Shown here piece by piece: positions 1-9,500 of a DNA stretch of 25,700 nt. The stretch's first letter is position 1, and each line of letters starts with the position of its first letter. The notes beneath the pieces were generated by a model. It saw only the letters and a program-made list of their open reading frames with translations, made no database searches and was not told the DNA's origin. The position numbers and the translations under genes were made by a program. Origin of the DNA: a virus (taxonomy: Duplodnaviria > Caudoviricetes); the IMG/VR virus record IMGVR_UViG_3300037424_000414, positions 1 to 25,700 of that record; one strand, 5' to 3'.

Positions 1-1
1 T

Positions 2-985
2 CTTGAAATCCATCAAATGCAACAGAAACTATACGGTGCTGCTCGTCCCGGACCTGGTGGTGAAGGGTGGGGTGTGGCAGATACAGGTAAGTTCCTCGGT
101 GACACACCCAAGTCGGCCATATCCACTGCAATTAAAAGAGCAGAACTCCGTGATATGTGTCCTGAACTTTTTGACAAGTGTAAAACTGCCGCGGATGCTT
201 CTGCAGTAATGAAAAAGATGGATGAAGCCATAGTCCGTGAATGTGTAGCGAAACAACTCGAAACAAACAACACTGACGTAACAACCAAGCAGCTTGCTAA
301 CTCCTACGTAATCAAAGATTTCTTCGTCGGAGTTAAAGATATCCCTGATGGTGTGTTTCACTTGGTCGAAATAGATCCTCCCTATGCTATCGCACTCCAG
401 GATGCGAAAAAAACTGAGGGCATTTCCCAGTATGCTATGAATGACTATAATGAAATCCCTTCAACCGATTACCAGGAATTCATCTATCGTACGTTCAGAG
501 AATGTTACCGAGTCATGGCTGATCATTCTTGGTTACTCTGCTGGTTTGCCCCGGAACCTTGGTTCGAAACTATTTACAACGGTCTCCGTTCGGCAGGGTT
601 CGAAACTACTCGCATGTGTCCTATATGGACTAAACCTACTGGCCAGACCAAACGTCCTGAAATGCATCTCCCTAATTCATACGAGATGTTCTTCTACGCA
701 TGGAAAGGTCGGCCGGCGATAGCTAAGAACCGCGCTAATAATATATTCAACTATCCTCCTGTCCCCCCTCAACAGAAGACTCACCCCACAGAACGTCCCA
801 TCGAGATGATGAAGGATATCTATGAAACTTTCGCTTTCCCTGGCTCACGTATCCTCATTCCATTCCTCGGAAGTGGTAACGGAATTATCTCAGCACATCA
901 AGTAGGTATGACCGCGATGGGATTTGATTTAGGGAAATCATTTAAGGATAGTTTCCTTGTAAAGGTCCATAACTTGAAATCGTAA
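2..985 (+). CDS. N6A/N4C DNA methyltransferase (beta-class motif order) with ParB/HTH-like N-terminal region; 5'-partial
   Basis: Catalytic motif IV EIDPPY precedes HPTERP and SAM-binding motif I IPFLGSG. The frame is open from base 2 (LEIHQMQQKLYG), so the true start is probably upstream of the window. GWGVADTGKFLGDTPKSAISTAIKRAE resembles the helix-turn-helix that follows ParB-like domains (inference). Confidence 0.85.
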   Translation, partial: LEIHQMQQKLYGAARPGPGGEGWGVADTGKFLGDTPKSAISTAIKRAELRDMCPELFDKCKTAADASAVMKKMDEAIVRECVAKQLETNNTDVTTKQLANSYVIKDFFVGVKDIPDGVFHLVEIDPPYAIALQDAKKTEGISQYAMNDYNEIPSTDYQEFIYRTFRECYRVMADHSWLLCWFAPEPWFETIYNGLRSAGFETTRMCPIWTKPTGQTKRPEMHLPNSYEMFFYAWKGRPAIAKNRANNIFNYPPVPPQQKTHPTERPIEMMKDIYETFAFPGSRILIPFLGSGNGIISAHQVGMTAMGFDLGKSFKDSFLVKVHNLKS

Positions 986-998
986 ATAGGAGATAACT

Positions 999-1457
999 AT
1001 GAATAACTTCTGTGAATGTAACAATTGTCCATGTTCTTGTATATCACCAGACTTACCTATCACAAATAAGCCTATCCTATGTATGGATTTTGATGGAGTA
1101 ATTCATTCTTATACTAGTGGGTGGAAAGGAGCAGATAAAATCCCTGATCCTCCAGTCCCTGGAGCTTTTGATTTCTTGGCAATGGCAAGTAACTATTTCG
1201 AGGTTCATATATTCTCGTCTCGTACTCATCAACAAGGTGGTTCAGAGGCTATGCAAAATTGGATATGGAAAGAGGTTACTGGTTCTGATTATGATCCAGA
1301 TAATACCTGTTGTGTTCCAGTTTGGGTATTAAAGTTAAAATTTCCAGAGAATAAACCACCTGCTATGATTTCAATAGATGACAGGGCTATTACATTTACT
1401 GGAATATTTCCAGACCCAAAAGAACTACTTAATTTCAAGCCTTGGAATAAAAAATAG
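999..1457 (+). CDS. HAD-superfamily phosphatase/nucleotidase-like protein
   Basis: Motif I LCMDFDGVIHSY (DxD), motif II IFSSR and motif IV IDDRAI. GGGAG RBS upstream. Confidence 0.75.
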   Translation: MNNFCECNNCPCSCISPDLPITNKPILCMDFDGVIHSYTSGWKGADKIPDPPVPGAFDFLAMASNYFEVHIFSSRTHQQGGSEAMQNWIWKEVTGSDYDPDNTCCVPVWVLKLKFPENKPPAMISIDDRAITFTGIFPDPKELLNFKPWNKK

Positions 1458-1460
1458 TTC

Positions 1461-1475
1461 GTTCAAAATTTGAAC
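1461..1475. repeat. Dispersed palindrome, copy 1
   Basis: AGTTC-GTTCAAAATTTGAAC-CAACC. The left flank overlaps the TAG stop at 1455-1457; the core ends 24 nt before ATG 1500. Confidence 0.9.
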
Positions 1476-1499
1476 CAACCCAATGATAAGGGAGGAAAA

Positions 1500-1688
1500 A
1501 TGGAAGCGAAAGTACGAAGGGATATTGAAGTAACTATTATCATGACTGAGGACGAAGCTAGATGGCTTATGCAGATAGTACAAAATCCACTATTAAATGA
1601 TCCTGACCCTGATACTGAACCGCCTATAGATCGTAAAATGAGAAGGCTATTTTGGGACGTTCTTTATGCGGAGGGGATACGAGTATGA
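1500..1688 (+). CDS. Hypothetical protein (62 aa)
   Basis: GGAGG at 1491-1495 precedes ATG 1500, preferred to the track's TTG at 1470. The stop overlaps the polymerase start (ATGA). Confidence 0.7.
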   Translation: MEAKVRRDIEVTIIMTEDEARWLMQIVQNPLLNDPDPDTEPPIDRKMRRLFWDVLYAEGIRV

Positions 1689-4192
1689 AAAGAACCTTCG
1701 TCCCTCCATCAGGTGATCCTAATGCCATTCTCGCTGGATGTGGAGAGCAACCTGGACTCGAAGAAATCCGCTGTGGTAAACCTTTTGTTGGTCCCGCAGG
1801 GCGTGGCCTAGATGAGTGTCTTACACTTGCCGGAATTCCGAGGCACTCGATCTATCTTACCAACGTGATAAAAGATTTAGATGCTCCCCTCCAACACTAT
1901 ATCAACATCGACACTCGTGGCAAACACACTATCTCCCCTGAAGGATACGAGTACATAAAGGAGCTCGGTGATGAACTTAAATCCCTCAATCTTAATTGCA
2001 TTATCGCCTTTGGTAACATTGCTCTTCTTGCTCTGTGCAATCGCGTTGGTATCACTAAGTGGCACGGTAGTGTGCTTGAGTCTACTCTTGTACCTGGTCT
2101 TAAAGTGCTACCTACATTTCATCCCGCTACATTCATTCCGCCCAAATTCAACTATCTCAACAAACCTTTAATCTGTGAAGACTTAATGAGGGCTAAATAT
2201 GAATCTGAAACTAAAGCAATCACTCGAATCCCACGCACAGTCTACACTCGTCCAACTTTTTCTGAATCCATGTCCTACCTTGACCATAGCATTCAAGTCG
2301 GCAAAGCAGGCCAAATACTATCTATCGACATTGAAGTTGTTAATAGAGAAGTCGATTGTTTCTCAGTCGGGTGGTCGGATACAGAAGCTATCTCAATCCC
2401 ACTTCGATGGCAAAATGGAGATTACTTTACGGCTGACCAAGAGTATGAAATCCTCTGCCATCTCGCCCAGATTATTCAAGACCCTGACATCAAAAAGATC
2501 GGAGCTAACTTCATCTTCGACCTCCAGTTCCTGTTCCGAAAGTACGGAATCGTTCCTCGAGGGGATATCCACTGTACACAAATAGCGCAGAAGATTAGCT
2601 ACCCTGACTTCCCTGCTGGCCTCGATGCAGTTACCACCATGCACACTGACATTCCTTACTATAAACAAGACGGTAAACAATGGATGAAGATGGGACAAGG
2701 TACCTGGGATGAGTGGTGGAACTATAACGGAATGGACTCCATCGTCCCTATCGCTGCTCATCCTAAACAAATGCATACCTTGGAAGTGCAAAAGAATGTA
2801 TCAACTTATGACCGTCAACGTAAGCTTATAGAACCTCTCATCTACATGTCCGAGCGTGGGATTCGAATAGACGTCCAAGGTATGATGGAGTACAAAGACG
2901 AACAACAGATTACTCTTGATAAACTATCTGCTGACCTGAACAAAATTGTAGGTGCCGAAATAAACTACAACTCTCCCAAGCAGTTAATGGATTACTTTTA
3001 CAAAAAGTTAGGCTTCAAACCTTACAAAAAACGTAATCAAAAAGGTGAATCCCATGACTCCATTGATGTAGATGCTCTTAAGAGATTATCCCGTCAAGGT
3101 GTCGAAGCTGCTCAAATTATGTTAGATATTCGTGGACTATCCAAACGCCTTTCCACATATCTCAACATAGGAAAGGTGGATCAAGATGGCAGATATAGAA
3201 GTTCATATAAACCAGTTGGTGCTGAAACTGGACGGCTCGCTTCAGGCGAAACTATCTTTGGGACTGGAGGTAATCAGCAGAACTGGCCCCATGACTTGCT
3301 CCGTTTTTTCTTGTTCGATGATGGCTATATCGGATATTCCTTTGACCTCTCACAAATTGAAAATAGGATTGTTGCCTACGTCGGAGGAGTGCTTGCACAA
3401 ATCGAAGCATTTGAAATAGGAATAGATCTACATACCCTCACTGCTTCAATCATCTTCGACAAACCCTACGATCAGATATCAAAAGAAGATGGTTCTTCAA
3501 TATTAGGTGATGGTAGGCAAAGTGAAAGGTTCTGGGGGAAAAAGGGTAATCATGCTACAAACTATGATGTAGGGTATAGAACATTTGCACTTAAATATGA
3601 AATGCCTGAGCACATAGCAAAGAAGATAATATTCAACATCCATCGAGGGTATCCTCAAATAAGGGAGGGTTATCACATCCTTATCCAAAATATGCTTAAA
3701 CGTGATAGGACTGTTACTAATCTTTTTGGCCGCACTAGGTTATTCCTCGGACCAATTATCCCTTCCTATCCCAACGTGGCTCAAAGTGCTTGTGATGATA
3801 CTTATCGTGAAGCCTATGCTCACTTTGCCCAAAGTACTTGTGCAGATAAGGTGAATGAGCAAGGTCTGGAATTCATCTATTATAACCAACATTGGTTTAA
3901 GCCACTTGAGATTCTTGCACAGATACATGACTCAATAGTGTTTCAAATCCCTTTATCCATTCCCTGGACTGAACACGCTAGGATGTTACTTCAGATTAAG
4001 AATTCCCTAGAGACCCCAATGGAGTGGAATGGAAGGGAGATTAAAACACCTGTTGATTTAGCTATTGGACTTAACATGTGTAAAGATCAGATGAGTGAGA
4101 TTAAGAGTAAGTACATTCCTAATTCGGAAACTGAGTTGGCCGATAAGTTAAAGGAAGTATATGAAAAACTAATAAAAGGAGAAGAGAGATGA
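1685..4192 (+). CDS. polA: Family A DNA polymerase with N-terminal uracil-DNA glycosylase (family 4-like) domain and 3'-5' exonuclease
   Basis: UDG motifs GEQPGLEEIRCGKPFVGPAG, YLTNVIK and TFHPA. Exonuclease motifs SIDIE, GANFIFD and YNGMD. Polymerase motifs NYNSPKQL, ETGRLAS, motif A DLSQIENR, motif B RFWGKKGNHATNY and motif C QIHDS. Start placed at ATG 1685 (GGAGGGG RBS, ATGA coupling). Confidence 0.93.
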   Translation: MKRTFVPPSGDPNAILAGCGEQPGLEEIRCGKPFVGPAGRGLDECLTLAGIPRHSIYLTNVIKDLDAPLQHYINIDTRGKHTISPEGYEYIKELGDELKSLNLNCIIAFGNIALLALCNRVGITKWHGSVLESTLVPGLKVLPTFHPATFIPPKFNYLNKPLICEDLMRAKYESETKAITRIPRTVYTRPTFSESMSYLDHSIQVGKAGQILSIDIEVVNREVDCFSVGWSDTEAISIPLRWQNGDYFTADQEYEILCHLAQIIQDPDIKKIGANFIFDLQFLFRKYGIVPRGDIHCTQIAQKISYPDFPAGLDAVTTMHTDIPYYKQDGKQWMKMGQGTWDEWWNYNGMDSIVPIAAHPKQMHTLEVQKNVSTYDRQRKLIEPLIYMSERGIRIDVQGMMEYKDEQQITLDKLSADLNKIVGAEINYNSPKQLMDYFYKKLGFKPYKKRNQKGESHDSIDVDALKRLSRQGVEAAQIMLDIRGLSKRLSTYLNIGKVDQDGRYRSSYKPVGAETGRLASGETIFGTGGNQQNWPHDLLRFFLFDDGYIGYSFDLSQIENRIVAYVGGVLAQIEAFEIGIDLHTLTASIIFDKPYDQISKEDGSSILGDGRQSERFWGKKGNHATNYDVGYRTFALKYEMPEHIAKKIIFNIHRGYPQIREGYHILIQNMLKRDRTVTNLFGRTRLFLGPIIPSYPNVAQSACDDTYREAYAHFAQSTCADKVNEQGLEFIYYNQHWFKPLEILAQIHDSIVFQIPLSIPWTEHARMLLQIKNSLETPMEWNGREIKTPVDLAIGLNMCKDQMSEIKSKYIPNSETELADKLKEVYEKLIKGEER

Positions 4193-4611
4193 TAACTATT
4201 ACGGCTGAGAATATTAACGAACTTAAAAAATCTCTATTTGATTCACAAGAGGATATAACTGTTCGTAAGGAAGCGCTAAATGAAAAGATGGATGAGCTGT
4301 ATGAACTTCGAGCATGGAAAGAATCAGCTATGCAAGTTGAATCTGAATGGGACCTTCAAGAGATTGCTAATCTTCTTGGAGTACCATTAGGTGAGAGTGT
4401 AAGGAAAGGGATATATGAGAAGGTAAAGATTTTAATCAATAATCCTCTCTTTGTATATGATCCTTCAGCACTAAAACCAGGAAAAGTCATGCATGTATCA
4501 GACCCTACTGAATCATGTATAAAGATGAAGGAAGGCCCAGACCCATTAGAGATTTATATCTATATTCCTGAAAGATACAAAGGTAAAAACATATTCTTAG
4601 TCTATATTTAG
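4189..4611 (+). CDS. Hypothetical protein, coiled-coil N-terminus
   Basis: 140-aa ORF in ATGA overlap with the polymerase stop, AAGGAG upstream; no recognisable motif. Confidence 0.65.
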   Translation: MITITAENINELKKSLFDSQEDITVRKEALNEKMDELYELRAWKESAMQVESEWDLQEIANLLGVPLGESVRKGIYEKVKILINNPLFVYDPSALKPGKVMHVSDPTESCIKMKEGPDPLEIYIYIPERYKGKNIFLVYI

Positions 4612-4620
4612 GGAGCCTCT

Positions 4621-5820
4621 ATGTCCACCACCAGAAACCTCCCTGATTGGATAGATAGTTTCATGTTACTCTCAGACAACTCCGAGCCTCCAAAACTGTT
4701 CAGAAAATGGACAGCTATATCTACTATTGCCTCTGCTCTCCAACGCAAAGTGAGATTAGAATTCGGACTGTCGCTAACTTTCTATCCTAATCTATACGTT
4801 GTCCTCGTCGGCAACTCATCAACTGGCAAAGGTACCGCTATGGGATTTAGTAAGGATATCATAGAACATATTCCTACTATCCGTCTATCTGCCCAAGCCA
4901 CTTCCCTTCAAGCCCTCATTAAAAAGATGAAGGAAACCAATCTAACCGACATAGACATGGCCACAGGTCAACAACACTTTCATTCATCCCTTACTATTTT
5001 CTCCAACGAGTTTACTGTCTTCTTGGGATATGGTAATAAGGAACTTATCACAGCCCTATGTGACTGGTACGACTGTCATCCGAGGTGGAGTTATGAAACA
5101 GTTTCGAGGAAGAAAGAAGAAATCATTGGAGTCTGGACGAATATTCTGGCAGGTACAACTCCTGATGCGATACAGACTTCTTTGCCGCTGGAGTCTATTG
5201 GTATCGGACTTACATCAAGGATTATCTTTGTCTGGGGAGACAAGCGAGAGAAACTTGTCATATGGGGGTCTAAAACTGACGAAGAACTTAAGCTCCAACA
5301 ACTCCTCATCCGAGACCTAGAACAAATCTCAATGATGTCCGGTGAGTTTAATGTAAGTAATGGCTTCATGAGTGCATATGAAGCCTGGTGTCGTGAAGCG
5401 GATGTAAACAAACCTTTCTACGATAAAAAGTTCGACGGATACTGTGGACGGAGACGGAAACATCTCCTTACCTTATCTATGATATGCTCAGCATCGGAAT
5501 CGGATAGGATGGTAATCACCGAGGATCACCTAATGAGAGCCGCAGGTCTCCTTGCCGAAGTCGAAATCAACATGCCTAAGGTCTTCAGAGGGATTGGCCG
5601 AAGTGATATATCATCCTTGGTACAAGATACCATAGTCTTCCTTACCAACTCTTATACCAAAGACGTCTCTATTCGTGACATAGCGAGACATTTCGAAAGT
5701 GATATGGATAAACTTACATTGGATAGAGTTTTGGTAACTTTGGAAACCATCGGATATATCAAAGTTGTTCGTCGTCCTGGGATGGAATCTGTGGCACATA
5801 TATTAGATAATATGAAATAG
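4621..5820 (+). CDS. DUF3987-like P-loop NTPase, putative replicative helicase
   Basis: Walker A YVVLVGNSSTGKGT, Walker B-like LTIFSNEF, GLTSRIIFV arginine-finger-like segment, winged-helix-like C-terminus; located near the polymerase. Confidence 0.7.
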   Translation: MSTTRNLPDWIDSFMLLSDNSEPPKLFRKWTAISTIASALQRKVRLEFGLSLTFYPNLYVVLVGNSSTGKGTAMGFSKDIIEHIPTIRLSAQATSLQALIKKMKETNLTDIDMATGQQHFHSSLTIFSNEFTVFLGYGNKELITALCDWYDCHPRWSYETVSRKKEEIIGVWTNILAGTTPDAIQTSLPLESIGIGLTSRIIFVWGDKREKLVIWGSKTDEELKLQQLLIRDLEQISMMSGEFNVSNGFMSAYEAWCREADVNKPFYDKKFDGYCGRRRKHLLTLSMICSASESDRMVITEDHLMRAAGLLAEVEINMPKVFRGIGRSDISSLVQDTIVFLTNSYTKDVSIRDIARHFESDMDKLTLDRVLVTLETIGYIKVVRRPGMESVAHILDNMK

Positions 5821-5828
5821 GAGGTAAC

Positions 5829-6209
5829 ATGATAAGACATGGAAATCCACCTTATCTTGAATGTAGTAGTAAAGGAGATAAAAGATTTAGTGCATTCTAT
5901 GCTAGGATTAAGTTCTATGGGAACAAAACTATTGAACAGTTATACCAAGCATCTAAGTTATTTCCTGATGGAACAAGTGGTCTTACATGGAGATATGCCA
6001 AAGGGCGTAAACCAGTTAATATGGATTTCTGTAAGGAATATTATTCTTCATTATGGAATCTCTATATAATAGAGAATCCACACCTATTAGATATACTTAA
6101 ACAGGCGTCTGGATTATCTGATATGTTTGGTCAAGAAGGTCACTGCTGTCAAGCTACTGAACTATGGAGGATTAGGGATGAAAACAATCACTATCACCAA
6201 ATGCCCTGA
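5829..6209 (+). CDS. NADAR-like protein (putative ADP-ribose/NAD-derivative processing enzyme)
   Basis: FSAFYA...TIEQLYQASKLF and ENPHLLDIL resemble the NADAR pattern FSNFY...xEHYYQAxKF...QNPxL. GGAGG RBS upstream. Recognised by eye only. Confidence 0.5.
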   Translation: MIRHGNPPYLECSSKGDKRFSAFYARIKFYGNKTIEQLYQASKLFPDGTSGLTWRYAKGRKPVNMDFCKEYYSSLWNLYIIENPHLLDILKQASGLSDMFGQEGHCCQATELWRIRDENNHYHQMP

Positions 6210-6342
6210 GTGTCCTTACTGTGCTGGTTCCCATAGTAACATATGGTCCTGCTGGCATCATAAATCTGTAGTACAAAAACCTTATGCAAAGGATCGTGCT
6301 GTCCCTTCAGATAAGGTTTCTGATAATTGCCCTTTGGAATAA
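6178..6342 (+). CDS. Small Cys-rich (putative Zn-binding) phage protein, 54 aa
   Basis: GGAGG at 6166-6170, ATG 6178; CPECPYC...SC...NCPL, a pattern common in small phage ORFs. Confidence 0.65.
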   Translation: MKTITITKCPECPYCAGSHSNIWSCWHHKSVVQKPYAKDRAVPSDKVSDNCPLE

Positions 6343-6345
6343 ATT

Positions 6346-6360
6346 GTTTAATAATTAAAC
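6346..6360. repeat. Dispersed palindrome, copy 2 (T/A variant)
   Basis: AAATT-GTTTAATAATTAAAC-GAACT, directly after TAA 6340-6342 and 22 nt before ATG 6383. Confidence 0.88.
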
Positions 6361-6382
6361 GAACTAAACAATGGAGGCTAAT

Positions 6383-6565
6383 ATGTCTAATGCCTATTAT
6401 GAAAAAATACCAGAGAATGCAAGAGGTTATGGAGAATATCTATATAGAGTGATAGGAAGGAGTGGATATGCACTACACCACACTAATGATTTAAAAGATG
6501 CTATATCATACACAGAAAAGATGCAAGATTATTATGATAAAAACCCTACTCACTCCTCAACTTAA
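6383..6565 (+). CDS. Hypothetical protein (60 aa)
   Basis: GGAGG at 6373-6377 favours ATG 6383 over 6371. Last gene of the + arm; its 3' end overlaps the convergent giant gene. Confidence 0.6.
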   Translation: MSNAYYEKIPENARGYGEYLYRVIGRSGYALHHTNDLKDAISYTEKMQDYYDKNPTHSST

Positions 6566-9500
6566 TAACTTCTTTCCTAAACTCCCCAGAGATAATCCCT
6601 CCTGCTCTTAACACTATGGGAATCTCTTCTGTCATTATTCTATCTTGTTCCTCAGGGCTGGCTTTGTCTAATCTATCCAGATAAAGCCTAGCCCTGGTTT
6701 CTGTATCTTCAATCCCTTTCAACGATAACCAGAATGCTCTATTCGGCAACTCCTTAATCTTCTCAGCAAATTTAAATCTATCCTTCAACCTATTATAAAC
6801 ATCTCTATCTTTAAAACTCTGCATATATTCAAAGATTTCTTGCCTATCTACTTTATCCGCAAGGTAACCTTCAAACCTAGCATCTAATCCTCTATTCTGA
6901 ATAAACCTTTCCAACTCAGCCTTTTCCATTCCCTCTTTAATAGGCCCTGCAAATTGTGAATAAGGATTAGTACTCCCTATAAATCTCTTCACACCTGGAC
7001 TTTTACTCAGTGCCTCAGCCAAGATCATTTCCTTCTCTACCTTCGGCACCTCCCCATATACCTTCTCATACAACCCACCTCCGAGCGTTGTAAAGATATT
7101 ATCCTTTGTAATAAGCTGTTCGATTGCATACTTGGTTCGCTCAGGGGACAGGCCTGTAACCTTTCCAAGATCCACCATAGCCTGTGGAGTCTTCCCTGGT
7201 ATGAACTCTTCTCCACTCTGGGGGAATCCATAAGGGCCTCCGTACTTATTACTGTTCCAGATTTCCTCATTTAGCCAGTAGTTTTTATTCTGTACATAAC
7301 CTAACACTCCACTTAATGTCGGTGGTAAGGATGATATTCCAACAGGGCTCATATTCTTTAATGATCCAGTAATGCGCTCAACATCTACTTCATTCCCTAA
7401 CCATTTATCTGTGGCGCCCTCAAATAAGGTCTTGAAAAACTTCTGTCCAGGATCAAGAGGAATCTTTATATAAGGATATCTAGTCTGTCCTTTACTATCC
7501 AAGTAGCTGAACTGATCTCCTATCGGAATACATATATTATTCTGTTGATCGATACTCCCTTGCAAACTCTGCATGGTTTGAGGGTTATACTTATTCGAGG
7601 CTATATACATCCCAGTAACCAACGCAGCGAATTGAGACATCTTGATTGCTGAATCTATTGGACTATCTTTAAACGCTCTCAACATTCCTCTAGTGCCTTG
7701 AACTGATGCATTAAGATAAGGTATTGCATTATCAAGAGCCTTCGTTACCCCTCCACCCTGAGCAAAGTCCATGTAATCCCTTGCCACAAACGTAGCTTCT
7801 TTACTCCCTTTACCTTTCCTCAGAGCCCTCTCTCTAATTGCCAACCTAGTCATGATTTCAGATGTTTCACCAAAGTAACCTAGGAAATCCATCACTTTGT
7901 CAAGCCCACCTTCTATATGTCTACCACGTTGAAGGAGTCTACCTTGGTGTACAAGAAACTCCATCCCTCCACCTTCATTGATGTAGTCTTTGTATCTACC
8001 TTTACGCAGCAAGGCATCACTAAACACACTTGCTTGATCCCTTCCCATCTGTAAAGCAAAGGTAGGCAAACTATTACTATACAACGATTTCCACTTCCCA
8101 TCTTCAAACACTCTCGTTGCATACCAAGAGTGCATGATATCCCTAGGTAAATTCGCCAGTGCAAATCCCCAGTTAATCCCTGTAGCAAAGGTCCTCAAGA
8201 TAGGCGACCCACTTCCATATCTAAACACCTGGCCCAACTTATAGCTAACCTCTGGACTATTGGTAATCCACTCTCTTGACATCTGAGGTGAAATAAATAA
8301 AGCTTTACGTTCTCCATTCTCATACACGAAGATTCGATTCCATCCGCTAGGGATTTTAGTTCCTCGGTCTTCCTTAACTCGTACAAAGTTGTTATCTCCG
8401 TGGTCACGAGCGAGTTTAAGTAGGGCACTGTTAGCCTCGTTGTTCATTATTCTTCCATAGGCTCTGTTGAATACTTCGAGGGCCATGATTTCACTGGAAG
8501 GTTCGAATATATCTGTGTCACGTCCGTGGGAGAGTGCCTCTACACCAGAATCATAGATTGTTCTTTTAGTCGCTCCAACCTTTGATACATGTCGTTTATC
8601 ATACACTTCAACAAGTTTCAATCGACGATAGTTATGGGCAATTAGAGCATCATGTTCTTCCTGTTTAATAAGTCCGGCATCGAATAAATCCTTTACAGGT
8701 TTTCTCATCCATTCATAGTAGGCATCCATTTTATTTCTTAGATTGATTGCCTGTTCTCTAGTTACCCCTTCAATATATTGATATAGTTCAGTATATGCAG
8801 CAGCCTCTATTGGACTTGCGCCTTTAGGAAAGTTGAACTGATTAGTGGTTTTATACCCGCCTATATCCAACATCCTCTTCATAAGGATTAATGTATCAAG
8901 AACTCTTCTTTCCTGTTTAGTTAGTCCACTATAAACTTCCTTCCTCATCTGTTTTAACATCTCAGCTGACCGCGCAGATGCACCTTTGGACAAGTACATA
9001 GACTGAAGGATTCGATAACCTTCATCACCTAGATCACTTAACATATCCCTACGGATGTTCCCAGACCTATCCACAACAGATTGAATAACTTCTTCTTTCA
9101 CCTTCTCAAATGCCACGCCAGGTTTAAACTCCTTCATTGACCTAGCATTTTCAACGTATTTTTTAGCTCGTTTAGCAGCGTCGATGATGGCCTTACCACC
9201 TTCGATGGGATCGACTCCGGTATATAATGAGAATGACCCAGGAACTTTTTCCGTGATAGGGATCATCTGAACATCTGCCATTTTACGTTTGGTAGTGTCA
9301 CCCCATCCAGAATCAGTAATGTCTATAGGAATCTTCTCTACATTCTCCTTCCCATATTTCTTCATCATTGAAGGAATAGTCTTATCATATACATCTTTTA
9401 GATTACCTTTAGTATGCTTAAGGTCAATTCCAGAAAGTGTTCGCTGCCTTACTCCTGTCCCAGCAGAGTGTGTCAGTTCTGCAGAAGTATTCAACAGTTT

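Noticed and set aside
1461-1475. Palindrome as a LexA/SOS box
   Set aside because: The Gram-positive box is GAAC-N4-GTTC and the alphaproteobacterial box is the direct repeat GTTC-N7-GTTC; here the arrangement is GTTC-N7-GAAC with a GTTT/AAAC variant.
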